From: Candidatus Omnitrophota bacterium
GTDB lineage: Bacteria; Omnitrophota; Gorgyraeia; 2-01-FULL-45-10
DNA length: 64,000 bases
Assembly: GCA_030695905.1 (NCBI GenBank)
Contig: JAUYOL010000007.1
Coordinates: forward strand, 6,604-70,603
Direction: 5' to 3'
Below are positions 41,401 through 50,096 of the stretch, piece by piece. Each line of letters opens with the position of its first letter. Position 1 is the first letter of the stretch. The position numbers and the translations under genes were made by a program. Under the pieces are notes generated by a model. That model worked only from the letters and a program-made list of their open reading frames with translations, searched no databases and had not been told where the DNA came from.

Positions 41401-44400
41401 GCAAGCGGGCGGCTCTATCAGCCCGTCGGGTACAGTAAGTGTCGCCTATGGCACAAACCAGACATTTACAGTTACAGCCGATACAGGATACAGCATCGAT
41501 CAGGTGCTTGTAGATGGCTTGGCCGTAACCCTCTCAAACGGAACATATACCTTTAATAATGTAACGGCCGCTCACACGATCTCGGCAAGCTTTGTTTCAA
41601 GCCTCAGTATCAGTGACCAGATCATACAGAAATCTTTCAACTATTTCTGGAATGAGACCGATAATCCTGAGACAGGATTTACTCGTGACAGACTCGCAGT
41701 AAAGAGTGAAGACCGCACCGCCGCTTTTGACGTTCACTACAACAGGGCGAGCCTGGCGGCAACCGGCTTCCAATTGGCAGCCCTATGTGCGGCGGATAAT
41801 GATCCCAATATTGCCGGCACAGTCACGCATGACCAGTTAGAGGCACGGGCAACTCTGATAATGGACAAATTACTGGATATTCAAGGCAAACAAAATCCTG
41901 ATGACCAGGCCACATGGGCAAAGTGGGGCAAGGACGGGTTCTTCTATCATTTTGTTGACATAGATACCGGCGAACGTTATTCCGGATCAGAAGTTTCTAC
42001 CATTGATACGGCGATAGTCGTTGCGGGGGCTATAACAGCGGGGAATCATTTTGGAGGCGACCTTAAAAATAAGGCTATGGATATATATCGCAACGTGAAC
42101 TGGAAAGCGTTTCTTGACACGAACCCTATAGTCCTGAATCACCACGACGCAGTCAACCCATCATATAATAATATCTATCATGCATGGGATCCGGAGACTG
42201 TTGCAAACGGCGGATTTTATGGCCACTGGGATTATACGAACGAAAGTCTCATTCTGTACCTGTTGGCGACCGTTTCGCCCGCAGATAATTACGCTGTTCC
42301 GGCAGACGTGTTTTACACAATTCGACGAGAGCTTGGTAATTACGGCCAAAATAGCAATCCTATAGTAAAGTCGTGGGACGGTGCATTGTTCGAATATCAG
42401 TACACTCAGGCGTTCTTCAATTTTAAAGATGCCTCAGGCAATCCTCTATATGACGGGCAGGGAGTAAATTGGTGGGATAATTCAGTCGAGGCAACAAGGG
42501 CGAATAAGCAGTTTTGCAATTATTTTATTAATAAGTTTGCCGCCCAAGAAGATCTTTGGGGATTAACGGCCGGTTACACAGATGGCCTTAACTATGGCGT
42601 TTATGGAGCGCCGCCGGCAGGACTTGCGGTAACCGATCCCGACGGGACCGTATTCCCCGCTGCTGTCGCCGGCTCCTTGCCGTTCTTGCCGGATGAGGTT
42701 ATGCGCGCGTTAAACAAGATGAAAGAATTGTACGACGATTACAATTACCCAATATGGGGTGATTATGGTTTTGTCAACTCGTTCAAACTTGGCGGCAGTT
42801 TAAACGATACCCCGTCGCCAGTATCTATCTTCTATTGCGGCATTGATGTAGGCATTGCGCTTGTGATGGCCGAAAATCAGAAGAGCGGCCTGATATGGGA
42901 TAATTTCTCTAATTTTGAAATAGCGCCGGGGGTAACGCTGAAATCCAGAATACAGCAGATAGACGGGCTTACTACGGATAAAACACACCATCTATTTGTG
43001 GACGATATTTCTGATGTTTCCAGTTTCCATATGGGGAAGATCGATGCTGAGCACACGCAATATCAAGTCAAATTTGATTTGAATACCGTCCAGGACGATC
43101 CTTATCTATTGTCCGTGCATTCATTTATGAATAAAGAATTGCCGAGCCACGTTGTGAGTGTAGCGATCAAGGTTAATAACGCCGATCCGTTTAGCGTGGA
43201 ATTCGCGTACAATAGCGACGGGAAAGATCCTGATCTTATGAAGTATATCCCGATAGATAGCAGCGGTCTGATTGAGGGTGAAAATACTATTACGCTTGAA
43301 TGGCAGGGTGCGACAGCGAACGCCACATGGCTTGCGTGGAAGAACATTGAAGTATCGACGCCATACGAGAATAATGTGTGGTCATTTGCCAGGAACGAAA
43401 CAGTTAATCCGAAAGTGTTGTTTGGGAGCGAATACAGGGCTGATGACACGTACTTTGTTGGCGCCGCTATTTCCAGTTTCGAGCAAGCGGTAGATAAGGA
43501 TGTTGAAAATTTCACGGATATACTATTTTACACGAATACGGCTACCGCTGAATATGCCTCTCTTACATTAAAAGCCCTGGATACGCAGAAAGATGCGAAT
43601 ACAAATATACAGATATTTGTTAATAGCGCGCCCAGGTATGTGTTTAATGGTTCCGTAACACCGGCCAGCCAGATAACTACACCCGGCTTTCAATTGGTTA
43701 ACGGATGGAACAGGATAACCATTTATCATCCCGGGGTAAGCGGGGCGGCACCCGGTGAGTGGATACGCTGGGACGGCATGAGCTTGACAGCGGCCAATCC
43801 CTCAAAATTTAATCCGCCGCAAGGGTTGTCGGCAGCGTCCCTTGGTTCGGATAAGATAAATCTCAGGTGGCAGGTTGTTAATGGCATAGATGTCAGGTAT
43901 AATATTTATCGTAGTCAAGCCAAAGGAGGAGTTTATACGAAGATAAACAGCGCGCCTTTGATTTCGGCACAACATCAGGATGCGGGCCTTGCGAATAACA
44001 CCGTCTACTATTATACTGTTACGGCATATGCGGATGCCGATCCGTCTACCGAAAGCGATCGTTCAGTGGATGCTTCAAAAACAACGGGTGCTTACGATGT
44101 TGATTACAGGGATGGCAGGGATCCGAACTCTTTTGGAGGTGACTCCAGCCCCCAGTTTACATATTTCATAATGTACAGGCACGATTGGACGGATGGTGCG
44201 GTAAGAAAAGTTACGCTCAGTCCTCAGGAGTCCGGATGGATAGGGCTTGCCGGTATTAATGTAAGCCAGGCAAACGCCCTGTCAATATGGATATATGGAA
44301 CCGGTACAGAGAAGATAGAGGTGGGCCTGCAGAATGCCGGTTCCGGACCGTCAACTTTCACGGTGACAGCCAGCGCCGGATGGCAGAATTTGCAGATAAA

Positions 44401-45097
44401 ATTATCCGACTTCAGTGGTATATCGCCGGTAAATCTGGATAAATTATCCATCAAGAATATTTCGTCCGGAGCGGTAACAATATTTTTAGATGACATATCT
44501 TTCATAAACGATGCGGCCGGGACAGCCACGCTTGACGTTGCGGCGAAGAACGTCAACGATAATTTACTCTCCACGGGCATGAGTTTTGATAACGATATGA
44601 TAAATTCGTATGCTCCCGCTAACCAGTATTTGGCCGTTAGCTATAATTCTCCCAGCGCTGTGAACTGGAAGATATGGATATACACGAAAAACGATAACGG
44701 CGACCCGCAATATTTGGACGGGCAGTATAACGGCCTGATGAGCTCAGACGGCCGATCCAGAATAGCTCTTATGTGGCGCATATACCCGACGATACAACAA
44801 GGCGGCATTACATGCAGGGTGACTTCCGATGTGTACAGTGATGCCAAGATGACATGGAATTATATAAAGGACCGCAATGATTCAGACTGGGCGGCTGCGA
44901 ACCCTGCCGGTGCCGAATATTCAGTGGCGGCTTTCGGAAGGAAGAATGAATGGGCATATATCGCGCCTGTTCCGCCGGGGTTAGGTGACCGGAATCCGGT
45001 TAATAACACTTTTTACGTTTATTTAGGCGGTGAGTTTGGCTCGGCGAATCCGGGCGATTATTCCGCCAGGATATATTTTGACATTACCCATGAATAA
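38447..45097 (+). CDS. 2216-aa modular surface protein: N-terminal anchor, IPT/TIG, seven FG-GAP repeats (beta-propeller), Ig/cadherin-like domains, two InlB-B-repeat (List_Bact) domains, (alpha/alpha)6 glycosidase-like domain paralogous to the 1255-aa protein, FN3, CBM11-like domain, C-terminal subunit-like domain
   Basis: TTG start after AAGGGGATGA; FG-GAP motifs GD.NGDG..DI; GYTFNSWSGD repeats; EVSTIDTAIVVAGAITAG..FGG shared with the 1255-aa protein; C-terminus ...WKIWIYTKND...ARIYFDITHE. Confidence 0.85.
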   Translation: MRNLRIALLVIGTIASLISFKDKGVVNLAHDAKPIVAEAYHSLQSMLPPPVAAGLSALSRQVMKSQIPSSSSIPSPVELIANDTLADDNIQDIVAGAPADIKLQNTATPVTDNQQPAPAPVETIVYGMTGTVLPEDSTGNTNTNAITDNNNSIETLTAQSSPSPSNIFIASITPNSGIAGTSVIIQGAGFDSNLSNNVVKFGNVSSSSATYVSKNQLRATIPQGLSAGFTNLSVSVNGTPSNLFLFDILKNTSGNIFADDTQNILPAGLAITDLPVVRTADVDNDNDLDLFMIDTFLSSVYVLINDGNGNFTNETSSTLPAIADPSSITDAVFGDTNQDGHQDIVLAYSSGQSVRILLNSGLGSFSDVTALNLPAVSGNAVSLDLGDANGDGAPDIIIANKNTRDILLINNSGGVFSKDAGFNLPGVIDGSSDIRFCDLNSDGAVDIITANNEVVDTSSLRNRVYVNNGLGQFTDNTEIMLPGDNEYSEVLDYGDVDGDGDIDVVVANHDQNSILINDGAGIFTDETSARIPTNYFVSKDTKLGDVNGDGYLDIVMLGEDKMSLLINDGQGSFTEGSIKLPDYKSIPALLGGKDVQVADINGDGALDIIVAGNSLRFLINSASNKAPVLDSIGDRKIEFGKKLEFNVTGSDPNDDALIFLAENLPDGAAFLSKMFRWVPAANDIGQHKNVRFIAREDTPAALEAFEDITITVVGLPPIIDSYIPKELDLNLGIGEIVQFGIIAYDPTGGALTFKWFLNSVQVKSVSGFKSSLIFIVPRIGENIIEARVENGTGNDSVYWDVSVGVTQNRPPQIIGYEPQESAINIDPNAGGAFNFAVTASDPDVGDSISYTWKFDDNVLSSGAALSSSAFAGSASVGNHALQVSVSDGHNAAVTRSWTINITVIPAYTLTINAVNGSVSMNPNKTTYSAGEEVAITATPDTGYTFNSWSGDVSGTTNPAIITMNANKTVTANFTVIPPVAITASAQAGGSISPSGTVSVAYGTNQTFTVTADTGYSIDQVLVDGLAVTLSNGTYTFNNVTAAHTISASFVSSLSISDQIIQKSFNYFWNETDNPETGFTRDRLAVKSEDRTAAFDVHYNRASLAATGFQLAALCAADNDPNIAGTVTHDQLEARATLIMDKLLDIQGKQNPDDQATWAKWGKDGFFYHFVDIDTGERYSGSEVSTIDTAIVVAGAITAGNHFGGDLKNKAMDIYRNVNWKAFLDTNPIVLNHHDAVNPSYNNIYHAWDPETVANGGFYGHWDYTNESLILYLLATVSPADNYAVPADVFYTIRRELGNYGQNSNPIVKSWDGALFEYQYTQAFFNFKDASGNPLYDGQGVNWWDNSVEATRANKQFCNYFINKFAAQEDLWGLTAGYTDGLNYGVYGAPPAGLAVTDPDGTVFPAAVAGSLPFLPDEVMRALNKMKELYDDYNYPIWGDYGFVNSFKLGGSLNDTPSPVSIFYCGIDVGIALVMAENQKSGLIWDNFSNFEIAPGVTLKSRIQQIDGLTTDKTHHLFVDDISDVSSFHMGKIDAEHTQYQVKFDLNTVQDDPYLLSVHSFMNKELPSHVVSVAIKVNNADPFSVEFAYNSDGKDPDLMKYIPIDSSGLIEGENTITLEWQGATANATWLAWKNIEVSTPYENNVWSFARNETVNPKVLFGSEYRADDTYFVGAAISSFEQAVDKDVENFTDILFYTNTATAEYASLTLKALDTQKDANTNIQIFVNSAPRYVFNGSVTPASQITTPGFQLVNGWNRITIYHPGVSGAAPGEWIRWDGMSLTAANPSKFNPPQGLSAASLGSDKINLRWQVVNGIDVRYNIYRSQAKGGVYTKINSAPLISAQHQDAGLANNTVYYYTVTAYADADPSTESDRSVDASKTTGAYDVDYRDGRDPNSFGGDSSPQFTYFIMYRHDWTDGAVRKVTLSPQESGWIGLAGINVSQANALSIWIYGTGTEKIEVGLQNAGSGPSTFTVTASAGWQNLQIKLSDFSGISPVNLDKLSIKNISSGAVTIFLDDISFINDAAGTATLDVAAKNVNDNLLSTGMSFDNDMINSYAPANQYLAVSYNSPSAVNWKIWIYTKNDNGDPQYLDGQYNGLMSSDGRSRIALMWRIYPTIQQGGITCRVTSDVYSDAKMTWNYIKDRNDSDWAAANPAGAEYSVAAFGRKNEWAYIAPVPPGLGDRNPVNNTFYVYLGGEFGSANPGDYSARIYFDITHE

Positions 45098-46394
45098 TAT
45101 GAGAATGCTATATAAGAAGACCTGTATTATCGGGATTATCTTAGCGACGTCTGCCATATTTCAGCAAAATATTATGCTTGCTGCTACGGATAGGACGGTT
45201 TCTGTCGTGGGCACTGCCACGAAATCTGCGACACCCGGTCCGTTGCTCGATGACTTTAGATACGCGGCGCCCCTAAACCTATGGAGTGTTGGCACCGGCA
45301 CGTTCAGCAGCTCATTATTAGTTCCGCCACCAGCAAACGCGATTTGCACGGCGTCTTATATTAATGATTCAAATGCATATTCTGGCTATTCCATGAAGCT
45401 GGATTATAATGCTACCGCCGCGAATAGTTTCGTCGGCTATTACAGCCGGTTGGCAGCGCAGCCATTAACCGCGTATACTGCCATATCATTCTGGGTAAAA
45501 GGCGCGGTTGGCGGCGAATTTTTCAAGATACAGTTTAAAAATACCAGCACGACACCATATTCTTTTGCTGAGGGGACAGATACCTATTACTATAGTAGAA
45601 ACGAAGCCGCGGTATATATTACGGATTATCTGGACGGCGGCGTAACTACAACCTGGCGAAAGGTAACGATACCTTTTCATAATTTTGCCAATTTGGATGG
45701 GTGGAAGTCAATGAAAGAGTTTGTTGTAGTATTTGAAAATTCCCAATCTACAACTAATATAAGCGCAACAAGCGGGACAATCTATATAGACAATATTACT
45801 TTTGAAACTACGCCTGTCAGCGCGGTGCGGGTTGATCATTTTGGGGATAAGTTGGGAGTTTGTGCGTTAGGTGGTAATATGGGAACAGGAGCAGGCGACG
45901 GCGCATCGGCGAGCCTTAATAAATATAGCCTTTCGAATGCAATTAATGAATATGATCCCGGCGGATATCCTAACGGTTTAAAATTGGAGTACGATGTTAC
46001 TACCGGGTTTGCATATACATTTCTTATTTTTGGCGGGGCTAGTAACGCAAAGACGACAGTAGAACCAATAAAAGATAAAAGCGGCTGGATAGCGCTACCT
46101 CACGATTTCAGCGCTTATACAAAACTAACTCTTAGAGTAAAAGCAAAATCCGGTGCTGAAAATCCGAAACAAATAAAGATAGAATTAGTGGACAATGGAG
46201 CAGCCAGGGCTGTCATCATAGACCAGATCAGCGGCACCGACTGGCAGATCTATGAAGTACCCCTTTCCGCCTTTGCCTCTCTCGATAAAACCAGCATAAA
46301 ACAACTGACCTTTGTTTTTGAAGGCTGGCGCATAAATAGTGCCGGAGGAAGTAAAAGAGGAGTCGTTTTTATAGACTCGGTACAATTTGAGTAA
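45090..46394 (+). CDS. secreted protein with two CBM11/CIA30-like carbohydrate-binding domains
   Basis: signal peptide after MNNMRM; mature N-terminus AATDRTVSVVGTATKSA matches that of the 269-aa protein; domains ending TIYIDNITFE and VVFIDSVQFE; ORF track starts at 45030 but ATG 45090 fits the signal peptide and begins 5 nt before the upstream stop codon. Confidence 0.75.
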   Translation: MNNMRMLYKKTCIIGIILATSAIFQQNIMLAATDRTVSVVGTATKSATPGPLLDDFRYAAPLNLWSVGTGTFSSSLLVPPPANAICTASYINDSNAYSGYSMKLDYNATAANSFVGYYSRLAAQPLTAYTAISFWVKGAVGGEFFKIQFKNTSTTPYSFAEGTDTYYYSRNEAAVYITDYLDGGVTTTWRKVTIPFHNFANLDGWKSMKEFVVVFENSQSTTNISATSGTIYIDNITFETTPVSAVRVDHFGDKLGVCALGGNMGTGAGDGASASLNKYSLSNAINEYDPGGYPNGLKLEYDVTTGFAYTFLIFGGASNAKTTVEPIKDKSGWIALPHDFSAYTKLTLRVKAKSGAENPKQIKIELVDNGAARAVIIDQISGTDWQIYEVPLSAFASLDKTSIKQLTFVFEGWRINSAGGSKRGVVFIDSVQFE

Positions 46395-46457
46395 TAGTTG
46401 GTATGTTTAATTCAAATCCTCGCTCTTAAATCAATCCAAAAATAAATCAACCCGCAT

Positions 46458-46486
46458 TTGAAAATATCCGCATTATAAGGTATTAT
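46458..46486 (+). promoter_or_regulatory. sigma-70-type promoter (TTGAAA-N17-TATTAT)
   Basis: -35 46458-46463, -10 46481-46486, 7 nt before the ORF at 46494. Confidence 0.45.
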
Positions 46487-46493
46487 ATTACCA

Positions 46494-47075
46494 ATGGAAC
46501 ACAAAGGCTTTTTAAAGAGCATTATACTCATAGCGCATATTATTGCTATGTTAGCCTGCGCCGGTGTGTCAGCCGCACAGACCCAGCCCATCTTCGATAC
46601 CACGGATTGGAATATAGAAGAGAGCGATTTTTTCATAATTTATTATCGCCCAACAGCAGATTTAAAGATGTTGTTGAGAAGGCTTAATATAAAAGCACTG
46701 CCTTCGGCCCAGACATCGGTATATAGTGAGATTAACCCCCCTAAAGAGATATGCAAGAGACTCGACAGCCTGTTTAATGAGGTAAGGAGCGTGCTTGGCA
46801 TGTATCCCGTGGTAGAGAAGGTGAAAATAAAAATATTTAAGGATATGGGTGAATTGAGCGAAGTATACCTCATACTGATAGACAGGAAAGAGAATTTCAA
46901 GGCTTTCTATGTAAACAAATATAACACAATATATACCTCTGAAGACAGTATGACAGATTCGGTCATGGTCCATGAAATGGCCCATGTTGTCATCGATCAT
47001 TATTTTTCAGCAATTCCGCCGGATATAGTCAGCGAGATGATAGCGTCTTATGTAGATGCGCATTTCACAAAGTAG
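46494..47075 (+). CDS. secreted protein with HEXXH motif (putative small zinc metallopeptidase)
   Basis: signal peptide; VMVHEMAHVVIDH near the C-terminus; no further family assignment. Confidence 0.45.
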   Translation: MEHKGFLKSIILIAHIIAMLACAGVSAAQTQPIFDTTDWNIEESDFFIIYYRPTADLKMLLRRLNIKALPSAQTSVYSEINPPKEICKRLDSLFNEVRSVLGMYPVVEKVKIKIFKDMGELSEVYLILIDRKENFKAFYVNKYNTIYTSEDSMTDSVMVHEMAHVVIDHYFSAIPPDIVSEMIASYVDAHFTK

Positions 47076-47085
47076 AGGATTACTG

Positions 47086-47112
47086 TTGACTATAATCAGG
47101 GCGGAGTATAAT
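47086..47112 (+). promoter_or_regulatory. sigma-70-type promoter (TTGACT-N15-TATAAT)
   Basis: -35 47086-47091, -10 47107-47112, upstream of gspE. Confidence 0.45.
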
Positions 47113-47141
47113 CTATATTATGTAAGTTATGGAGGGTTTTA

Positions 47142-48851
47142 ATGGCGTTGCAGTCTGATCTGATAGGGCAACTTCTGGTAATGAGGGGTCTCATAAATAT
47201 GGAGAGCCTGGAGAGGGCCCTTCTTGAACAGGAGAAGCACAAGGAGCTGTTAGGCGAGACATTGATAAAATTGGGGCTCATAACGAGCGAACAATTTTAT
47301 ACCGCATTGGCAGGACAACTGGGTGTAGAATATATAAAGTTGAAAGACGTGACAATAGACCCTGCCGTAATTAATGAAATACCCGCAAAGTTCGCGTGTT
47401 ATTACGAGCTTATGCCAATAAAAGTAGAAGGCGATATGATAACTGTCGCAATGTCCAATCCGCTCGATATACATACTATAGACGACATAAAACTCCTGCT
47501 TAAAAAAGATATAAAGACGGTGCTTTCCGGTAGGGTTGATATCCTGGATGCTATAAAAAGGTATTATGGTGTGGGCGCTGAAACAATAGAGAAGATGGCG
47601 CCTGACGCGGATCAGGAAAAACTTGTAAGCATTCAATACCAGGAAACCCAGGATCTAATAGAATCCGTCGAAGACGCCTCAATAATAAAATTTGTGAATC
47701 AGGTGCTTTTAGAAGCTTACAGAGACAGGGCAACTGATGTTCATATAGAGCCTTATGAGGACGAGCTTATGGTAAGATACAGGATAGATGGCGTTCTTCA
47801 TGAGACAAAGGTTCCCCCCGCAATAAAGAGTTTTCAGTCGTCCATCATTTCTCGTATAAAAATAATGGCAAATCTTAATATTGCGGAAAGAAGGTTACCC
47901 CAGGATGGCCGTATAAGCATAAAGATAGGCAGTGACAAGATAGACTTGAGAGTGTCTATACTTCCTACGCCATATGGTGAAAGTGTCATGATAAGGATAC
48001 TCTCTTCCAACGTACTCTTCGGCCTTGAAAATCTCGGATTTTTAAAACCCGATCTGGAGATAATGGAAAAGATGATAAAGAAGCCTCACGGCATCATATT
48101 TGTCACCGGCCCGACAGGCAGCGGCAAGACAACGACCCTTTACGCCTCCTTAAGTAAAATAAACGACAGAGACAAGAAGATAATAACTATAGAGGATCCT
48201 ATAGAATATCGCCTTAAAGGTATAATGCAGATGCAGATTCAACCCAAGATTGGCTTTACTTTTGCGAATGCTTTGAGGTCGATGCTCAGGCATGATCCCG
48301 ATGTAATGATGGTGGGCGAGGTAAGAGACTATGAAACCGCGGAAATAACTATAAGGGTCGCGCTGACGGGGCATCTCGTGTTTTCTACCATACATACGAA
48401 TGACGCGGCAGGCGGCGTTACAAGGCTTATTGATATGGGCATAGAGCCGTTTTTGGTGGCATCGGCAGTCGAATGTTTTGTCGCGCAACGTTTGGTTAGG
48501 GTTATATGCAATAGTTGCAAAAAAGAATTAAAACCTGATAAGGAAATACTGAAAGAACTCGGTATTAATAATCCAAGCTTATCGAAGGTAAAACTATACG
48601 AGGGGAAAGGCTGTGAATCATGCAGATTTACCGGATACAAGGGCAGGACAGCCATTTATGAAATAATGGTTATGAGCGAGCCTATGCGGGAGCTCGTTTT
48701 AAAAAGAGCTTCTTCGGATCAGATCAAGAAGAAGGCAGTCGCTTTAGGCATGAGGACGCTGCGTCAAGACGGATGGGAGAAGATAGCTGTGGGCATCACG
48801 ACTCCGAGTGAGGTTATCAGAGTAACACAGGAAGGATCTTCGGAAGAATAG
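47142..48851 (+). CDS. gspE: type II secretion ATPase GspE
   Basis: N-terminal T2SSE_N/MshEN-like domain; Walker A GPTGSGKTTT; Asp box; C-terminal CxxC zinc motif. Confidence 0.9.
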   Translation: MALQSDLIGQLLVMRGLINMESLERALLEQEKHKELLGETLIKLGLITSEQFYTALAGQLGVEYIKLKDVTIDPAVINEIPAKFACYYELMPIKVEGDMITVAMSNPLDIHTIDDIKLLLKKDIKTVLSGRVDILDAIKRYYGVGAETIEKMAPDADQEKLVSIQYQETQDLIESVEDASIIKFVNQVLLEAYRDRATDVHIEPYEDELMVRYRIDGVLHETKVPPAIKSFQSSIISRIKIMANLNIAERRLPQDGRISIKIGSDKIDLRVSILPTPYGESVMIRILSSNVLFGLENLGFLKPDLEIMEKMIKKPHGIIFVTGPTGSGKTTTLYASLSKINDRDKKIITIEDPIEYRLKGIMQMQIQPKIGFTFANALRSMLRHDPDVMMVGEVRDYETAEITIRVALTGHLVFSTIHTNDAAGGVTRLIDMGIEPFLVASAVECFVAQRLVRVICNSCKKELKPDKEILKELGINNPSLSKVKLYEGKGCESCRFTGYKGRTAIYEIMVMSEPMRELVLKRASSDQIKKKAVALGMRTLRQDGWEKIAVGITTPSEVIRVTQEGSSEE

Positions 48852-48854
48852 CTC

Positions 48855-50072
48855 ATGCCCAAATTTATATACGAAGCTAAAACAGGCCCTAATGATGTAA
48901 TAAAAGGGGGCTTGGTTGCCGAATCAAAAAATGCCGCAGTTCAAAAGATAAGCCAGCTCGGATATTTTCTGCTGTCACTGGAAGAGGAGTCGGGCATATC
49001 GAACACATCGGTGAATAACAGGGCTTCTTTCCACGGAAGAATAAATCTTAAAGATATAACTGATTTCACAAGACAATTGTCGGATCTATTGGAGGCGGGC
49101 ATAAATATAGCAAAGGCCCTGGATATATTACAGTCACAGACCGTTAACAAGAGATTGAAGAAAGTCATATCAGATGTAAAGGATTTTTGCGTTAGTGGTA
49201 ATCCTTTGTCCGATGCTTTATCCAGGCATCCGAAAGTATTTCCGAATCTATATGTAAGCATGGTCAGATCCGGGGAGACCGGCGGCATGCTCGAGGGTAT
49301 ATTAAGAAGGCTGTCGGATTTTAATGAAAAACAGCTTGAGATCCAAACAAAGGTGAAGACAGCCCTTGCTTATCCAATATTAATGGCCGTGGTAGGCTTT
49401 GCCACGGTAGCGGTGCTGATAACTTTTGTCATACCCAAGATGGTTGTTATGTTCGCCGATTTTGGGCAGGCACTGCCGATTCCGACCCAAATATTATTAT
49501 TCATCAGCACCGTTGTTAGAAAATACTGGTTAGTGCTTATAGGGCTATGCGCCGCGATCGTAATTATAATTCGTAAAATGTACCGTACATCCGAAGGAAG
49601 GCGCGCGATAGACCGGTTTAAATTGGACTTTCCTTTGACCGGTCAGTTAATAAGAAAAGTGGAAATAGCAAGATTTGCAAGGACGCTCTCTACGCTCCTG
49701 GAAAACGGTGTGCCGATACTCGAGGCCATGAATATTACCCTGGAGACATTGAGTAACACTATTATAAAAGAAGATATAGAAAAGGCGTATCTTTCAGTTA
49801 GGGAGGGGGCAAGCCTTGCCAGTAGCCTTAACTTGGGTAAGATAATGCCTGCCTCCGTTATTAACATGATAGCTGTAGGTGAAGAAGGCGGCCATATGGA
49901 AAAGTCGCTTTTGAAGATAGCGCAGGGCTATGAGAGGGAATCCGATGAGGCGATAAAGATAATGATGTCTTTGTTGGAGCCAGTTATGATACTGACACTC
50001 GGCGGCATAGTCGGCTTTATCGTCGTAGCTATGCTTTTGCCGATATTTGAAATGAATTTTCTTGTAAGATAA
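48855..50072 (+). CDS. gspF: type II secretion inner-membrane platform protein GspF
   Basis: two T2SSF repeats, 3 TM segments, 405 aa. Confidence 0.85.
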   Translation: MPKFIYEAKTGPNDVIKGGLVAESKNAAVQKISQLGYFLLSLEEESGISNTSVNNRASFHGRINLKDITDFTRQLSDLLEAGINIAKALDILQSQTVNKRLKKVISDVKDFCVSGNPLSDALSRHPKVFPNLYVSMVRSGETGGMLEGILRRLSDFNEKQLEIQTKVKTALAYPILMAVVGFATVAVLITFVIPKMVVMFADFGQALPIPTQILLFISTVVRKYWLVLIGLCAAIVIIIRKMYRTSEGRRAIDRFKLDFPLTGQLIRKVEIARFARTLSTLLENGVPILEAMNITLETLSNTIIKEDIEKAYLSVREGASLASSLNLGKIMPASVINMIAVGEEGGHMEKSLLKIAQGYERESDEAIKIMMSLLEPVMILTLGGIVGFIVVAMLLPIFEMNFLVR

Positions 50073-50096
50073 CGTACTTAATTTTGGAGGATTGCC

